Source of the DNA: Anthoceros angustus
Lineage: Eukaryota > Plantae > Anthocerotophyta
Direction of reading: 5' to 3'
Length of the DNA: 64,000 bases
Assembly: GCA_010909165.1 (NCBI GenBank)
Contig: VJWM01000202.1
Coordinates: 292,271-356,270 of the forward strand
The notes below the pieces were generated by a model. The model did no database searches. It saw only the letters and a list, made by a program, of their open reading frames with translations, and was not told the DNA's origin. Shown here piece after piece: positions 13,001-24,400 of this stretch. Each line of letters starts with the position of its first letter. The first letter of the stretch is position 1. A program made the position numbers and the translations under genes.

Positions 13001-13498
13001 AAACAACGAGGTAATATCCTTTTGTGATAGCCCTGCAGAGTTCCTGCAATGCCGAATAAAGTGAGCAAGATGAAAGCTAGAATCAAAATCCTTGGTCTGC
13101 CCCATCCATATGTCTTCGTTGCCAGTGCCTCCACAGCTGGTACTACCACTCCTATTGCCATCTGACTCACCTCCAGAGCTAGTACTACCACTCCTATTGC
13201 CATCTGACTCACCTCCAGAGCTCGTATTACGATGCCTACCACCATCCGACTCGCCTGTAGAGTTGCTAGTACCACCACTTCTATTGCCATCTGATTCTTG
13301 AGTATCAACCTGCATCTGATCATCTTCTGCACCTTGCCAATCATCCAAGCTTGCCCCTCGAGGAGAAGCTGGGATAGGACTGGTCCTTTGAGCAGCTTTT
13401 TGTAAACGTCGACACCTTGAATTTCTGCTCTGATGGCTGCCTAGACTTCCTCGATGGACAAATCCTGTTGCCCCACAATACTCACAATCAAATGCCAT
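10032..13498 (-). CDS. Plavaka-type DDE transposase, 7 exons, ~929 aa, apparently intact
   Basis: Exons 13498-12692, 12614-12231, 12114-11902, 11821-11376, 11202-10896, 10768-10577, 10472-10032 all have GT-AG ends and join in frame (2790 nt). Motifs: N-terminal CxxC...H zinc finger, PIILYSDAT, YPLVMSLGNI, YIADHPE, CxxCxCP, EILHESDLG, KVHAMTHF...YEHMHIMLMKMPYRASN, C-terminal RAHHLVP...WFINKY. Confidence 0.9.
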
Positions 13499-13589
13499 CT
13501 TGGATGGGCCAAGATGGATAAGCCTTAACCTTGGATGAGTGCAGGATCGGAAATGGCCCTCGTTACTGCTGTTACGGTGAGCACGTTAT

Positions 13590-13678
13590 GTCAGCAGGGG
13601 AAGCTTTTTGAGGTCGTTCAAGACCTAGAATCTTGTCAGCAGGGGAAGCTTTTTGAGGTCATTCAAGACCTAGAATCT
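13590..13678. repeat. ~44-bp tandem duplication upstream of the transposase ATG
   Basis: tgtcagcaggggaagctttttgaggtc(g/a)ttcaagacctagaatct occurs twice. Confidence 0.9.
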
Positions 13679-13699
13679 CTGGCGCAGACAGAGTCTGCC

Positions 13700-14080
13700 A
13701 TTTCCTAGTCTCTAATGTACACTGTGCTGAAACTGTGTAGCAGCTAAGAAGGATTTGGTTGTGGGGCATCGAGTTCATGATATCACTGCCAAACTTGGGC
13801 AGGAGTCGAGTGCCTTCTCGGGAACCATATCTTGCGCATGAATGCATGCGAAGGTAGGCTGCAGGAGACCATGGACGTGTTCACCAGGGTGGGCGAACCA
13901 AACGTCTTCATGTGGTTTTCCGTAATCTCTGCACATGCCAAGCACGGAAAACCGAAGGAGGCCATACAACTCTACCACGACAAGTGTATGTAGGTCCGAG
14001 GTGAAGGTGAATGGTCACGTCTTTGTAGCTGCCCTTCAGGCTTGCGCACTTGCCGCCGACTTGGAATCTGGTAGACGATG
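13700..14080 (+). pseudogene. Captured PLS-class PPR fragment
   Basis: LGNHILRMNACEGRLQETMDVF...NVFMWFSVISAHAKHGKPKEAIQLY...VKVNGHVFVAALQACALAADLESGR, frameshifted. Confidence 0.85.
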
Positions 14081-14660
14081 GTCTCCACATTCCGCCTCCT
14101 CCCGCACTTTCCATTGTGAAACCCAACCGTGAGCTATGCCGATGCAAGCGACGCCAAGCCCAGCAACAGGAGGATCGTGAAGCAAGTCCATCTCACCTTG
14201 CTCCTGCGCAGCAAAACCAGGAGTGAGAATCGTGGATCACTCCAAGCCCCACTAGAAGAAGAGAGACACAGTAGAGAGCTTCGCAAAACTTACGAGACGG
14301 ATGCAGTCGCGTGCAGCTAGGGCAGGAACGTCCGCGCAGGACACAAGCCCAGGGCACTTACTTTCGCCAGACGCTTTGATCGTGTCAATCACGTCGAATC
14401 CCAGAGCAAGTTTTGTTGGGAAGAGCGTCCTTCTCACTGTCAGCAGTATCCAGGAGGACGGAGGCATCGCACCCCTACACGAAATTGTGTGCGGCAGGCG
14501 AGACTGATTAGGATTACTGTACACGAGCATCATGCCTACAATCTGCTCGCAATCCAGACTGATTCGCCAGCGGCTCACCTGGACGAAGCAGTGGTGGAAG
14601 TGGTGCCGAATCAAAGAAGCACAGATCGTTCAGTCGGCCAGGTACGCCTTCTTCACCCCC
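14075..14660 (-). pseudogene. Captured class III peroxidase fragments with introns
   Basis: ASLIRHHFHHCFVQ | GCDASVLLD...EKDALPNK...GFDVIDTIKASGESKCPGLVSCADVPALAARDCIRL | then a signal-peptide piece ILLLLGLASLASA*LTVGFHNGKCG. Introns 14578-14475 and 14293-14204 lie at the usual peroxidase positions. Confidence 0.9.
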
Positions 14661-14930
14661 TGCCAGCAAGGGCTTGGACATGAGGCGCTTGTTCTGCATG
14701 GACAAATGGAGCAGGAGGGCCTCAATTTGACAAACAATTTTACTTTTGCTTGCCTTCTCAATGCAACCACTGGTGCCATATAGAGGGGCAGGCAGGTGCA
14801 CTCAGAGACTGTCAAAAGAGGACTGCTGGAAAATGTCGTGTTGGGCAACTGTCTGGTGGACATGTATGCCTTTTACTTGCCTTCTGAAGGCCTGTGCAAC
14901 CACTGGTGCGATACAGAGGGGCAGGAACCC
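14660..14930 (+). pseudogene. Captured PLS-class PPR fragment
   Basis: CQQGLGHEALVLHGQMEQEG...FTFACLL...RGRQVHSETVKRGLLENVVLGNCLVDMYA, with an internal partial duplication (FTCLLKACATTGAIQRGR). Confidence 0.85.
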
Positions 14931-16140
14931 CTACGATGAGGTGAGCGGGAGCCCCTTGGTAAAAATCCTTGTACGCACACCAATCTGTTAGGTGCCCTTG
15001 AACCCTCCTGCCGGAGTTCGAGAAGCGAGGAGTCATGGAGCTGAGTTTCCGGGAAGTGAGCGCGCTGCCTACAAGGAAGCTTTATAACATTACTTATCGA
15101 ATACCATATAAATTCAATATAATAAAATATAATACCTACATGTAAATCACGTCAGATTCCTATTATTTAAGTATAAAATGATAAAATAATTATTATTATA
15201 TAATTTTAATAACATCATAAATATAATATTTTTATACATATATTTATCGATATCTTATAATATTCACGTTAAACCGTGGCAAACACTCATTGCCTAGCCA
15301 TAAAAACATTAGAAGATCGATACATCCTCAATATCTATATTACATCTAGAGAAATTTGATGATCATATATATATATAGAATATCAATAATATTTATAAGA
15401 TATCTAAAAAATATAAATATAAATATAAATACTATAAATATTAATAAACAGTATACTATATACATATAAAATATTATAGGACAACATGTGTAACTTCCAT
15501 ATGAAAAATACTCTATATTAAAAATATAATCATACGTATTTTATCTTGATAATATGGATAAAATAATTGTATGAAAAAAATTATGATTACCTTATAACAA
15601 ACACGTCTCAAGAAGAATGTTATTTCATGTAAGAACCTTAAAACATCCATAGAGGTATGAACATATGGTAAATACTTGGATTAAAAAGAAAAATTTTATT
15701 AACCCTATATCAGAAAAATTATCATGTTAGTATGAACTATATGCATATACAAGCCATGTGAATTTTGATATCTTAATCTAAGAGCAAAACTTATACATCA
15801 AAATATATGCGATGTATACTTTTACACATATATAATATTCAATATACTAATATTCAGTTACTCATTGTTACTTGTGACATGCATATGGACTCCATATAAA
15901 ATGTTACTATATGTAAACTACATGATACCATCACATAATATGATATCAGACTCATATAAAACACATCATGACTTAAGAAGTGTATTTATGCATGCAATTC
16001 ATATTATCGCATACAAATGCCATATCCTATAAATATAGAGTCATTATAAAATAATCTCACATTAGAACTATAGGAAAAGTATATTATAATTATAAACTCA
16101 AATAATATGGAGATTGTATGTTTTTAATATACTGTGGATT

Positions 16141-16186
16141 CCATATGGTCACGGTATGAAAAACGTGGCCCTTCAATTTTGTGATG
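16141..16186 (-). repeat. Right terminal inverted repeat (~46 bp, imperfect)
   Basis: ccatatggtcacggtatgaaaaacgtggcccttcaattttgtgatg is the inverted counterpart of 2280-2325. Confidence 0.9.
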
Positions 16187-18495
16187 TTCGCACGGATAAT
16201 GGTACTGAGTTTGTGAACACTGCTTTCGACGCATTTCTCCAGGAGCATGGAATCCAGCCACCGATCGTGCCCTACACCCAACATGAGTTGGCGTAAAAAT
16301 CGGACTTTGCTCTCAATGACTCAGATGCTCTTGTGGGCCTAGCTTACCTCGGGACTTCGGCGAGGCCACATCGTCACCGCCACCTATATCCTCAGCAGTG
16401 CTTACCTGTCACTGGCAAGACTCCTTTTGAAGTCTTGGCGTAAGCCTAGTCTCCTTCATCTTCGGCGTTTTCGGTTCCGAGGCCTATGCTTATATCCCTG
16501 CCGAGAAGTGGAAGAAATTGGACAAGGGGGCTTTCCTCTTTCTGGTACATTAAGCTTGACCAAAACATAAGTTATATGATGCTCGCTCTCGATTACCCTT
16601 GCGTAGTGTTACTTTTATCAGGCCGTCCCAACTGTTGATTCATCCCCTCTTGGCGCTCTTGCGCTCGGAAGAGTTGGGCCGGTGGGCGACGACTCGATGT
16701 CTGTGGTATCCCCAAGATGATGAGCCTCTGCTTTGTACTGTTGTGCCACCCATGGCTCCTACCGCTCGGAGGATCTCGCATCGAGGGAAGGCAGTCAATC
16801 GAGGATGATAGCCATAATAATTCGACAATGTTGTCCCAGTGAACATCTGGATGATATTGACTTGGCCAAATCCGACTCCTCCGAACTTGCGCAACTGAGC
16901 ATGTGGCGAACCGAACACGAACTTCGCGTTCCACTAGGCACGGACCTCCTCACGAGGGATGGAAGGAGCCTCCATATGCCTCTATTGGTGGAGGACTTTT
17001 GGAGCTATAGTCGACATTTTACGGCTCTTGAGCCTCGCTCCTACAAAGAGGCCATCTCATGCAGCGGTCTCAAGTGGAAGGTGGCCGCCGAGGGCGAATA
17101 TCAATCTCTTATTAAAAAGCGAGACTTGGGTCCTCACGGATGCACCACAAGGGAAAGCCGATATCTTGTAAGTGGGTGTTCAAGCTAAAATTAAATGCAA
17201 AGGGGAAATTGCTAGATACAAAGCTAGACTTGTAGCAAGAGGCTTCACACAGGTTGAAGGCTTGGATTACCGAGACCTTCTACTGTAGTGCGAACACGAT
17301 CCATTAGGATCATACTTGCTTTACTGAGCACTTGGATCTACAAATGGGCGTGTCTGACCTTCCTCTCACGACACTTGATGAAGAGATTTATATGATGCGA
17401 CTGAGGATACCGGGACAAGCGTTATCTGGCAAAGTCCTAAAACTCACTGAAATGCATATATGGGCTAAAACAAAGTGGAAGGTATGGTATATTACCATCC
17501 ACATTTACTTACTTGAGATTGGTTTTGTTCAAAGCACGGTGACTCAGCGTATATCGCCTTAGTGAGTGTTGATTTTGTTCTTGGCCTTATGCGTGGGCGG
17601 CGTAATTCTATAACAAGCAGTCAAGGCATTAGCAGAGTTAAGGATATCTTGAGGACCCGATATGACATGAAGGATATCGGGGGCTCGGATACTGAATCTG
17701 AATACTTAGGAACGGACATGAAGGTGCAGTAATAATCCATCAACACAAGTACATAGGAGAAATCCTGCGTAAGTTTAAAATGGATCAAGCCAGCTGCGTC
17801 CACTCCATATCGGCGAGAATGAAGCTTACGATGGCGATGTCGCGATCGAGAGGAGATCAAAGACATATACGCTATTCCCTATAGGCCTGTAGGCGATCTC
17901 ATATTTATTTACAAAGCTGGACGGGCGGATATCCAATATCTTGGTTACCGTCACAGTTTACGGCGACAGGAAAAGCCCTTTGGGTTGCGATCAAGCGTGT
18001 GTTCGAGATATTTGAAAGAAAACATATGCGGGCTTATTCTCTGAGCGATGGGTAAAATGCTTACTGGAAGGATTCACGGACGTGGGCATCCGATAGTGAT
18101 TCGAAGAAAAGTCTCTCAACCTCGCTTCTTCCTCTCTTGATCAAGCTGGTCTTGTAAAAGCAAACATCCATAGCACTCTCCTCCCAGGAGGCGGTACAAA
18201 TCACTTAGATGCTTCCAAGGAGGCGGTGGGGCCTTGACTTCCTCAAGGACCTTGACCGAGCGGATGGCACCTACAAAGTTACATTGTGACAATATGCATT
18301 GTGGCAAATCCTAGATTTCATGCACGTACTAAACATATTGAAATTGACATCACTCGTCGGGGATGTGGTCGAGAGGTGGTTAAAGTGGACTACGTCCATC
18401 TGAGAGGACAACGTGCGAGACATCCTCAAAGGGCTTGCCAAAACACAAGCACTATACATCTTGAGGGTCTTGGGTTGGATTACTACGCCGCTTGA
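16187..18495 (+). pseudogene. copia integrase C-terminal part, RT and RNase H (frameshifted)
   Basis: RTDNGTEF, EPRSYKEA, KWVFKLK, YKARLVARGF, HARTKHIEID. Confidence 0.9.
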
Positions 18496-19254
18496 GGATG
18501 GGTCATAGGACTTACTCGGTGGGAGGCGGGGCCCACAAGTTCCCTAGGTGTGGTGTGGAGTGTCAGTTCACTGCACACCACGTGCATGCACCACAAGCTC
18601 ATCGGAGGAGTCTAGGATACACGTTAGGTCACTTACATAGCGTTGCACACTCCACAGGGAGGCCAGGATGGATGAAGCTAACCTTAGGATTAAATCATCC
18701 GTCTTGGCTCTTCAAAGCGGGTTTCACATCTTGGCTCATCGGTGACAGCAGGATCGGTGTCGGCGGTAACTCGACTCACAATCTGTTCGTGGCAGCCTCA
18801 ACTTAGGCTGCAGGGCAGGGCTGCATTCGAAGCGTGGCGTCTTTGGGGTCCTTCGCCACGGAAGCTCCAGCGGGTATGTCCCAGGCGCTCAGGAAGCTAT
18901 TTAATCTCGACAAGTTCCTCCGGTGAATTGCGACCCATTCTTGCGCGGTCTGCGCTAGCCCTTGTTCCTGCTGGCGTGGCGTCTCCTTCTCCTTGCCACG
19001 TTCTCACGCACATGGCCTCGTCCAGTGTCTCTTCCGGCTGCGAGTCCTCATGGCGTTGAGGCGGCAGTGCGTGGTGGGCGTGCTCGTGGTGGGAGGCCAA
19101 GGAAGATGCCGCAGCAAGCATGTAGTGGAATGCCCCGTGCAGAGGTTGGGTTTCGCACAGCGACGAGGCGGTGACAAGGAGCGCTAAGGGTGATCAGGGC
19201 AATGTGAACCTCCATTATGCATACATCACTTACCTAATAGGTGCTTTAGAGGAG

Positions 19255-19398
19255 TGTTGGATACAAAGCAAACCTATAGTTAAGCAATGCTAGTTAGGGT
19301 TAAGTGAGCGTTATTAAGTCAAGTATAAAGGCACATCTCAAACACATTTTGTATTCATTCTTTATTTGATGAAAGTTTATCTTGTCGCTTGACTTACA
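19255..19398 (+). repeat. Short 3' LTR of copia 1 (TG...CA) preceded by PPT agaggag
   Basis: Purine run followed by TGTTGG...; TATA-like gtataaagg; ends ...gacttaca. The partner LTR is not in the window. Confidence 0.6.
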
Positions 19399-20222
19399 AA
19401 GCGATCACCTAGTGGGAAGGTAAGTGTGGATGCGTGGAGGGCGTCAAGGTAGTCAGAAACGGGTGGAGCGGACGTTGTGGCCGAGGCGCTCGGCGAGCAC
19501 GTGAGGCGGCAGGCTCAACGTGAGAGCTCCGGCCAGCCAGTGCTCCAGTGACTTGCCGGATCGTGAGGAGGAAGCACAAAGTCGGTGGCGTGGGGGTGGT
19601 TCTCAACCCCGCAGCCGTGACGATGGCAACAGATCGACCAAACAGCGTACTCTCTTTGGAGGTAAGAAGGAGAGGGACGGAAACCTTCGTGGAGGATATG
19701 TCGTGTCTCGAGGCGAACTTCAACGGAGAAGGTTGGGATGCATCCAGCTATTTGTTCGGTCGCCGAGGGAACCGGCTCGGTGTGCGGAGGAAGTAGCCAG
19801 CCTGCAGGCGCCCCCTGCGACCTTGAGAAGCATTGAAGGATGCTTCTTGGAAAGATTCCGTGGGATTGACCAAGAAGGCTCTGTCTAAGCTCGAGAATGC
19901 AAGCGAGGCAAGGCGGAGAGGTTGGGATCGTACACCAGATGGTTCTCGCTCTCGGGACCCAGACCCCACCACACCACTTATGCGAGGCGGTCGTTGGTTC
20001 ATGGTGGGCCGCCCCAATGGCCTAAACACGTCTGCTGGCGCGAAAGAAGGGGCGGTAAAGCGTCCTAAGGCGGAGGAGAACTACGGTCAGTGCTGCAAAC
20101 GAGGTCGCCTCCAAAGTGAAGAAGAAAAAGAAGAAAGCGGGTGGGAATCCAGGATGAAGAGCCCTCGGCGGAGGAGGGAGGCCGAGTAGCTTTGGAGGAA
20201 GAGGAGCAGGTCTCATGGGGCC
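19399..20222 (+). mobile_element. Fragment of a gag-like region, same family as the element at 62770-64000
   Basis: Colinear nucleotide similarity with 63305-64000 (cacctagtgggaaggtaagtgtggatgcgtggagggc...); LKDAFLERF-type gag motif. Confidence 0.8.
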
Positions 20223-21456
20223 TGATGACACACTCCACTTTCCGGACGGCCAAATATGTCATCAAAATTTGCAAGAAAACTCAGACGTTGATGTGGTAAA
20301 GGAGAATCCAGAGGCACTCCCAGGTCCTCCCACTATAGCGCCACACTTATCACTATCGCTTCGTCGTTGGGTTTCGTCCCATGAGACTTGTGTGAGATTC
20401 GAGGCCTTGTGGTCACCAATCGCTGCACAACTCGGCCTTCTCAACAAGCAAGGCGCCCTACTCTCCCTCTCACAGTGCACCACTTGCCGCTTGCCGAAAA
20501 ATCGCCAATCCTCGACCTGGACACAAAACAATTGTAGGTTGCCTCGCAAGGAGCCCACCACAGGCGCCGAGGACCCCAGTTCACACCGATTCGTCCCTAC
20601 TTCTAAGACCAAACTTGACCTACACACAACACAATTCAGGTCACCCTCGGACAAGAGCCTACCACGCGCCGGGACCCCCACAGTTCACCGATTCGTCCCT
20701 ACTTCTAAGACCAAACTTGACCTACACACAATTCTCACCTCGTCAGCCTACAGGCGCCGACCCCATTTTGATTCGTCCCTACTTCTGACTTCTCTTCGGG
20801 GGCTCTGCTTGCAGTTGGGATTCGTCCCTTAGGCTCCTTCCACTCTACACCTCTAATCCTCTACTCATCTCCTCATCCTCTTCCTCCTAGTCTAACCTCG
20901 ATTCGGGCTTCTTGGTTTCGACTCGCCCTTACAGCTGGCTGCACAGGGTCGCCTCCACCCGGCAAGTTCTTCCTTGGGCGGTTGCTATGAGTTTGACACC
21001 GCAGGAACCTCGAGTCTTTCCTGTAGTCTACCCTCAAGCCGAGAGTTCTGCAGGCATTTGCCACACACCCAAAGCAAAGCAATTTCACAGCAACCATTCA
21101 CAAGGGAGCAACTCGTTTAGGCACTTGCGAGCAAGTCCTCCACCAAGCACTCGACCACCGCGACTTCCTCTCTGCAGACATGTTGGCTCACGGACACGAA
21201 ATTCCTCTGTAATGGCAAAGGACTCGGTGGCGTGGGCGCAAGACATGATACTTTACTTTGTGAAATCCTCCTCCTCTTATAGGAGGCCTTCCACATACAA
21301 CCTCCCTTGGGTGACCCTCTGCAGTCACCTTTTCCAATATTCTATTATTTCCTACATGACATTTAATGTCGGCACCTAAGTCTATTATGCATTTCTTGGT
21401 AAATCTATTCTAGCAACTTCACCTAAGTCTATCCTCGAAGGATGTCGATTACATCA
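20223..21456 (-). repeat. 3' LTR of the gypsy element (~1.23 kb, TGATG...CATCA) with internal ~102-bp repeats
   Basis: Inverted termini; preceded on the - strand by PPT GGTAGAAGAATAGGAAGGATG (21457-21477); caccgattcgtccctacttctaagaccaaacttgacctacacacaa occurs twice. Confidence 0.8.
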
Positions 21457-24400
21457 CATCCTTCCTATTCTTCTACCTAGCATTTATGGCCCTTGACCAC
21501 ATCTAGTCTTCACCCTGCTGGGGTAGGGACGTGTCCGTGGTGGATTGGCTCCCTCGCCCTCCTTTTGCTCTTGCCCCTTCCCAGCCTTTGTCCGCTTCCT
21601 AATGTGTGGGGCAAGTACAATCTTGCCCCTTCCTCCATCTCCGCGGGGCGGCGTCTGGATTCCTCTGGCCCTCCAGCAATCGCGCTTCCCGCCGCGCACC
21701 TAGGCGCCCCTTTCTCCATCTCCGTCGCCTGGTCGCGATCCGTTTATTCGCACCCTACCGCGGTAGTCTGGCAGACTACCGGGGTAGGCTGACTACCTAC
21801 CGTGGTAGTCTGGCCCCTAGCTCCCTTACTTCCTTCTTTCCTGCTTCCGCTCGGTGAGGGTTTCTTGGGTCAGGATCTTCATTGCTCTTTGCCTTCCGTC
21901 TGATTTGTCCATACCTATCATAGAGCACCCTTCATCCCCATCTGCCCACCATGCGGATTTTCTGCCTAATCTCTCCGGGCCCTTTTTGCGTTGGACTCCT
22001 CCTCGGGTCCGGTTCCTCCCTTACTCGCGGGATAAATTCCTCACCCCTTCCTCTCAGGTGGACCCGTCCTTAGTTTCCTCCGGTGGGGTTGTCTCTCCCA
22101 CCACCCTGCTCCCTTGGGGGTATCTTCTGCACCCCGGCCTTTCCATCTTGATTGGGCTCGCGTCCCAACTCCCCAACAAGCTGCTGCCCAGCACCCCTAC
22201 TCGGTGATCGGCGGACTACCGGCGTGGTCAGTCCCACGGTAGTCTGGCGGACTACCGTGGTGTGTCACCTCACGGTGGGGTGACCCCCTGGTGGTGTCTC
22301 CTTGCTCTCGCGCCGTCTCCCGATCACGGTGTCGCGGTGGCTCCTTCACCTCGACTCCTCAGTTCCTCGAGTCCATTTCGTGATGGCCTCATCAAAATCG
22401 GAGGCCTCTGGCTGCACTTGTTGCGGCTCCTTCATCATCATGAGGACCCAATGTCCTCCTTTTAAATGTAAGACTTCGTTGTTGGCCTTCAAGATCTGTT
22501 GTGGAGGTGAGCCCCAAGTTGTGATGCATTTGGAGATCATCAATCTCCGTGGGCCACTCTCCATCTTCGCACCTACCTTGTAGGCATCTCTTGCGGTGGT
22601 TAATTCTCCCACCTTCACATGGAGGTTACATTCTCCTCCCTCACTTCCTTTGGTGGCCAATTTTGCACGAAGGGCATAGTCAAAATCGCTTCCTCACTAC
22701 CGGCATTCATGCACCACCTTCTTGTGGCGCTCCTCCTCTGAGACCTCCTTTGTTCCAGTCCTAATTCTGGGCAAGCCCCTCTCGCTTGCCAAGCATTCCT
22801 TTCGCGCTCCACTCTGTCTTGTGCTTCTCGCTCGCGCTCCTCTTCCAAATTGTACGGGTCCTTCTCAACTCCTCTCCCATATCCGGATTTTGATAGCTTG
22901 AGTAGCCATCACACACTCATGTCGCCCACTTTGAGTTGCCTTCTCCTTTCCTAGTGCCTCCTTGCTTTTCCTCTCTTGCTCTAATTGGGCAAAATGCTCT
23001 TCCGCCTTTTGCCTCCAAGAATCCTTTTGGGTTGTTGCGAATGGCTCTTTCTTGACTTGTGACAACTTCCCTCAGGGGCTTTCTCTGCGTTGTTCTATGT
23101 GCGTTGGAGCTTCTCCTGACCTTTCCAATTTGGCTGCCTTTTCATCGGACTCCATGGCTTCCAATTGCCATTTGGTCCCTGCCTTTCTTCCGGCCATGTC
23201 TTGAGATTTCACTTCCTCTTGGCATGCCCACAAGGAGGCTGCTAGGTCCCTAGCCCCTTCAAATCCACCTGAGTGCTTCACAAGCTCGGCAATTCTCCTA
23301 GGGGTCCTAATTCCACCCCTCCTTCTTGCTGGAAATTTCCAGCTCTCACGCACCGGGCCATTGGCGGCGGCGGTCCCTTCACCGTCGCTCCATCCGCTCT
23401 CCCACCCAGTAGCGGAGATGGTGGCCTCGGCGCCGCTCGCGGCACCTCATCTTCTCCTTCCCTTCCACCGGTAGGCTTTGCGGCGTGGGGTGCCTCTGTG
23501 TGGCTCCCCCGTGGTAGTGCCTACCTACCATGGTGGGGTGGCCCGCCTAACTGCCCACCCTTGGGTGGCGCCTCCCTGGGGAGTGCAGCCGGGTGCCTCT
23601 CGTAGGCACAAAGGAGATGGTGGGGACTCCCCACTCTGGGGCTGTCACCCCTCCTGTGGTCCTTCTCTCATAGACCACCATTCGGCCTTCCTCGGGTTCA
23701 CCTCCTCTCCCTTGCTTGCTCACTGTGGAAAGATTCCCACTCGGCAACCTTGTTGCCTCGCATCTTCTCCTCTTGCTTCTAGCATGCTTGTGGAGGTCGA
23801 CCTCCCACCGTCTTCGCAATGCAAAGGCAAAGGCCTTTCCAACCTCGGTGGAGATGGATGACCTCAAAGGGATGCCATGCATCTTCAAGCTCCTTGCTTG
23901 TGAGAAGTCCCTCGGTTTCCCATAAATGCACCAAATAGGTGCTAAGGTAGCAGGCCTTGGCCTTCCTCATCCACGAATTTGGCTTGAGGAGCTTCTCCGG
24001 TGGTGGATGTAGGCCTCATACATAATAGTCCCCAATCGGCTTGGCTCCCATGGAAATCTTCCACAAAAATTGGAGGAAGTTGGTCTTTGAAATAAGAAGT
24101 CGTTGGTAATTTACCAACCCCAGCACAATCTTTGCGAAGAGCCTCCACTTGACTCCTTGATGCTCTCGGTCTTCCAGCCATTCTTGGCGTGGGCCTTCAC
24201 TCCTCCATCCATCATGTCAAGGAACTCCTGCGGGATGTCGGAGAGTGTCCTCTTCCTCCATTCGACCTTTCGAGAGAGCAATTCGAGCTCTCCTCCTCCG
24301 GTCTTCCATACACTGTCGAATACTTACGGTCCAGCGGGGATCCGTTCTAGCATTCCTCTCATTAGTGCGGCAGGCGCTTCCGATTGATGGAGGTTGATGT

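Larger units (their letters stand above)
2280..16186 (-). mobile_element. 13.9-kb TIR DNA transposon, Plavaka-type (CMC superfamily), with captured host-gene fragments
   Basis: Left end CATCACAAAACTGGATAACCATGTTTTTCAT; right end reverse complement CATCACAAAATTGAAGGGCCACGTTTTTCAT. TT duplicated at 2278-2279 and 16187-16188. Removing the element restores the copia frame L-K-V-L-R-T-D-N-G. Confidence 0.93.
1..19398 (+). mobile_element. Ty1/copia LTR retrotransposon 1 (degenerate; 5' LTR outside window; split by a 13.9-kb DNA transposon)
   Basis: Gag start 620 (FNGTKFPVWKVRMKTTLIGRGVWEVVDG), knuckle remnant ~1340-1385, protease-like DSGATTH ~1510, integrase ELVHADISG...TITDDFSRYSW (2070-2279) resuming as RTDNGTEF at 16189, RT YKARLVARGFTQVEGLDY ~17215-17270, RNase H NPRFHARTKHIEID ~18305-18350, then PPT and 3' LTR. 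Confidence 0.92.

Noticed and set aside
2281-16185. Alternative ends ATCAC...GTGAT with a 3-bp TSD
   Set aside because: Flanks would be ttc and gtt, which do not match; CATCAC...GTGATG with TT fits both the TIR and the restored integrase frame.
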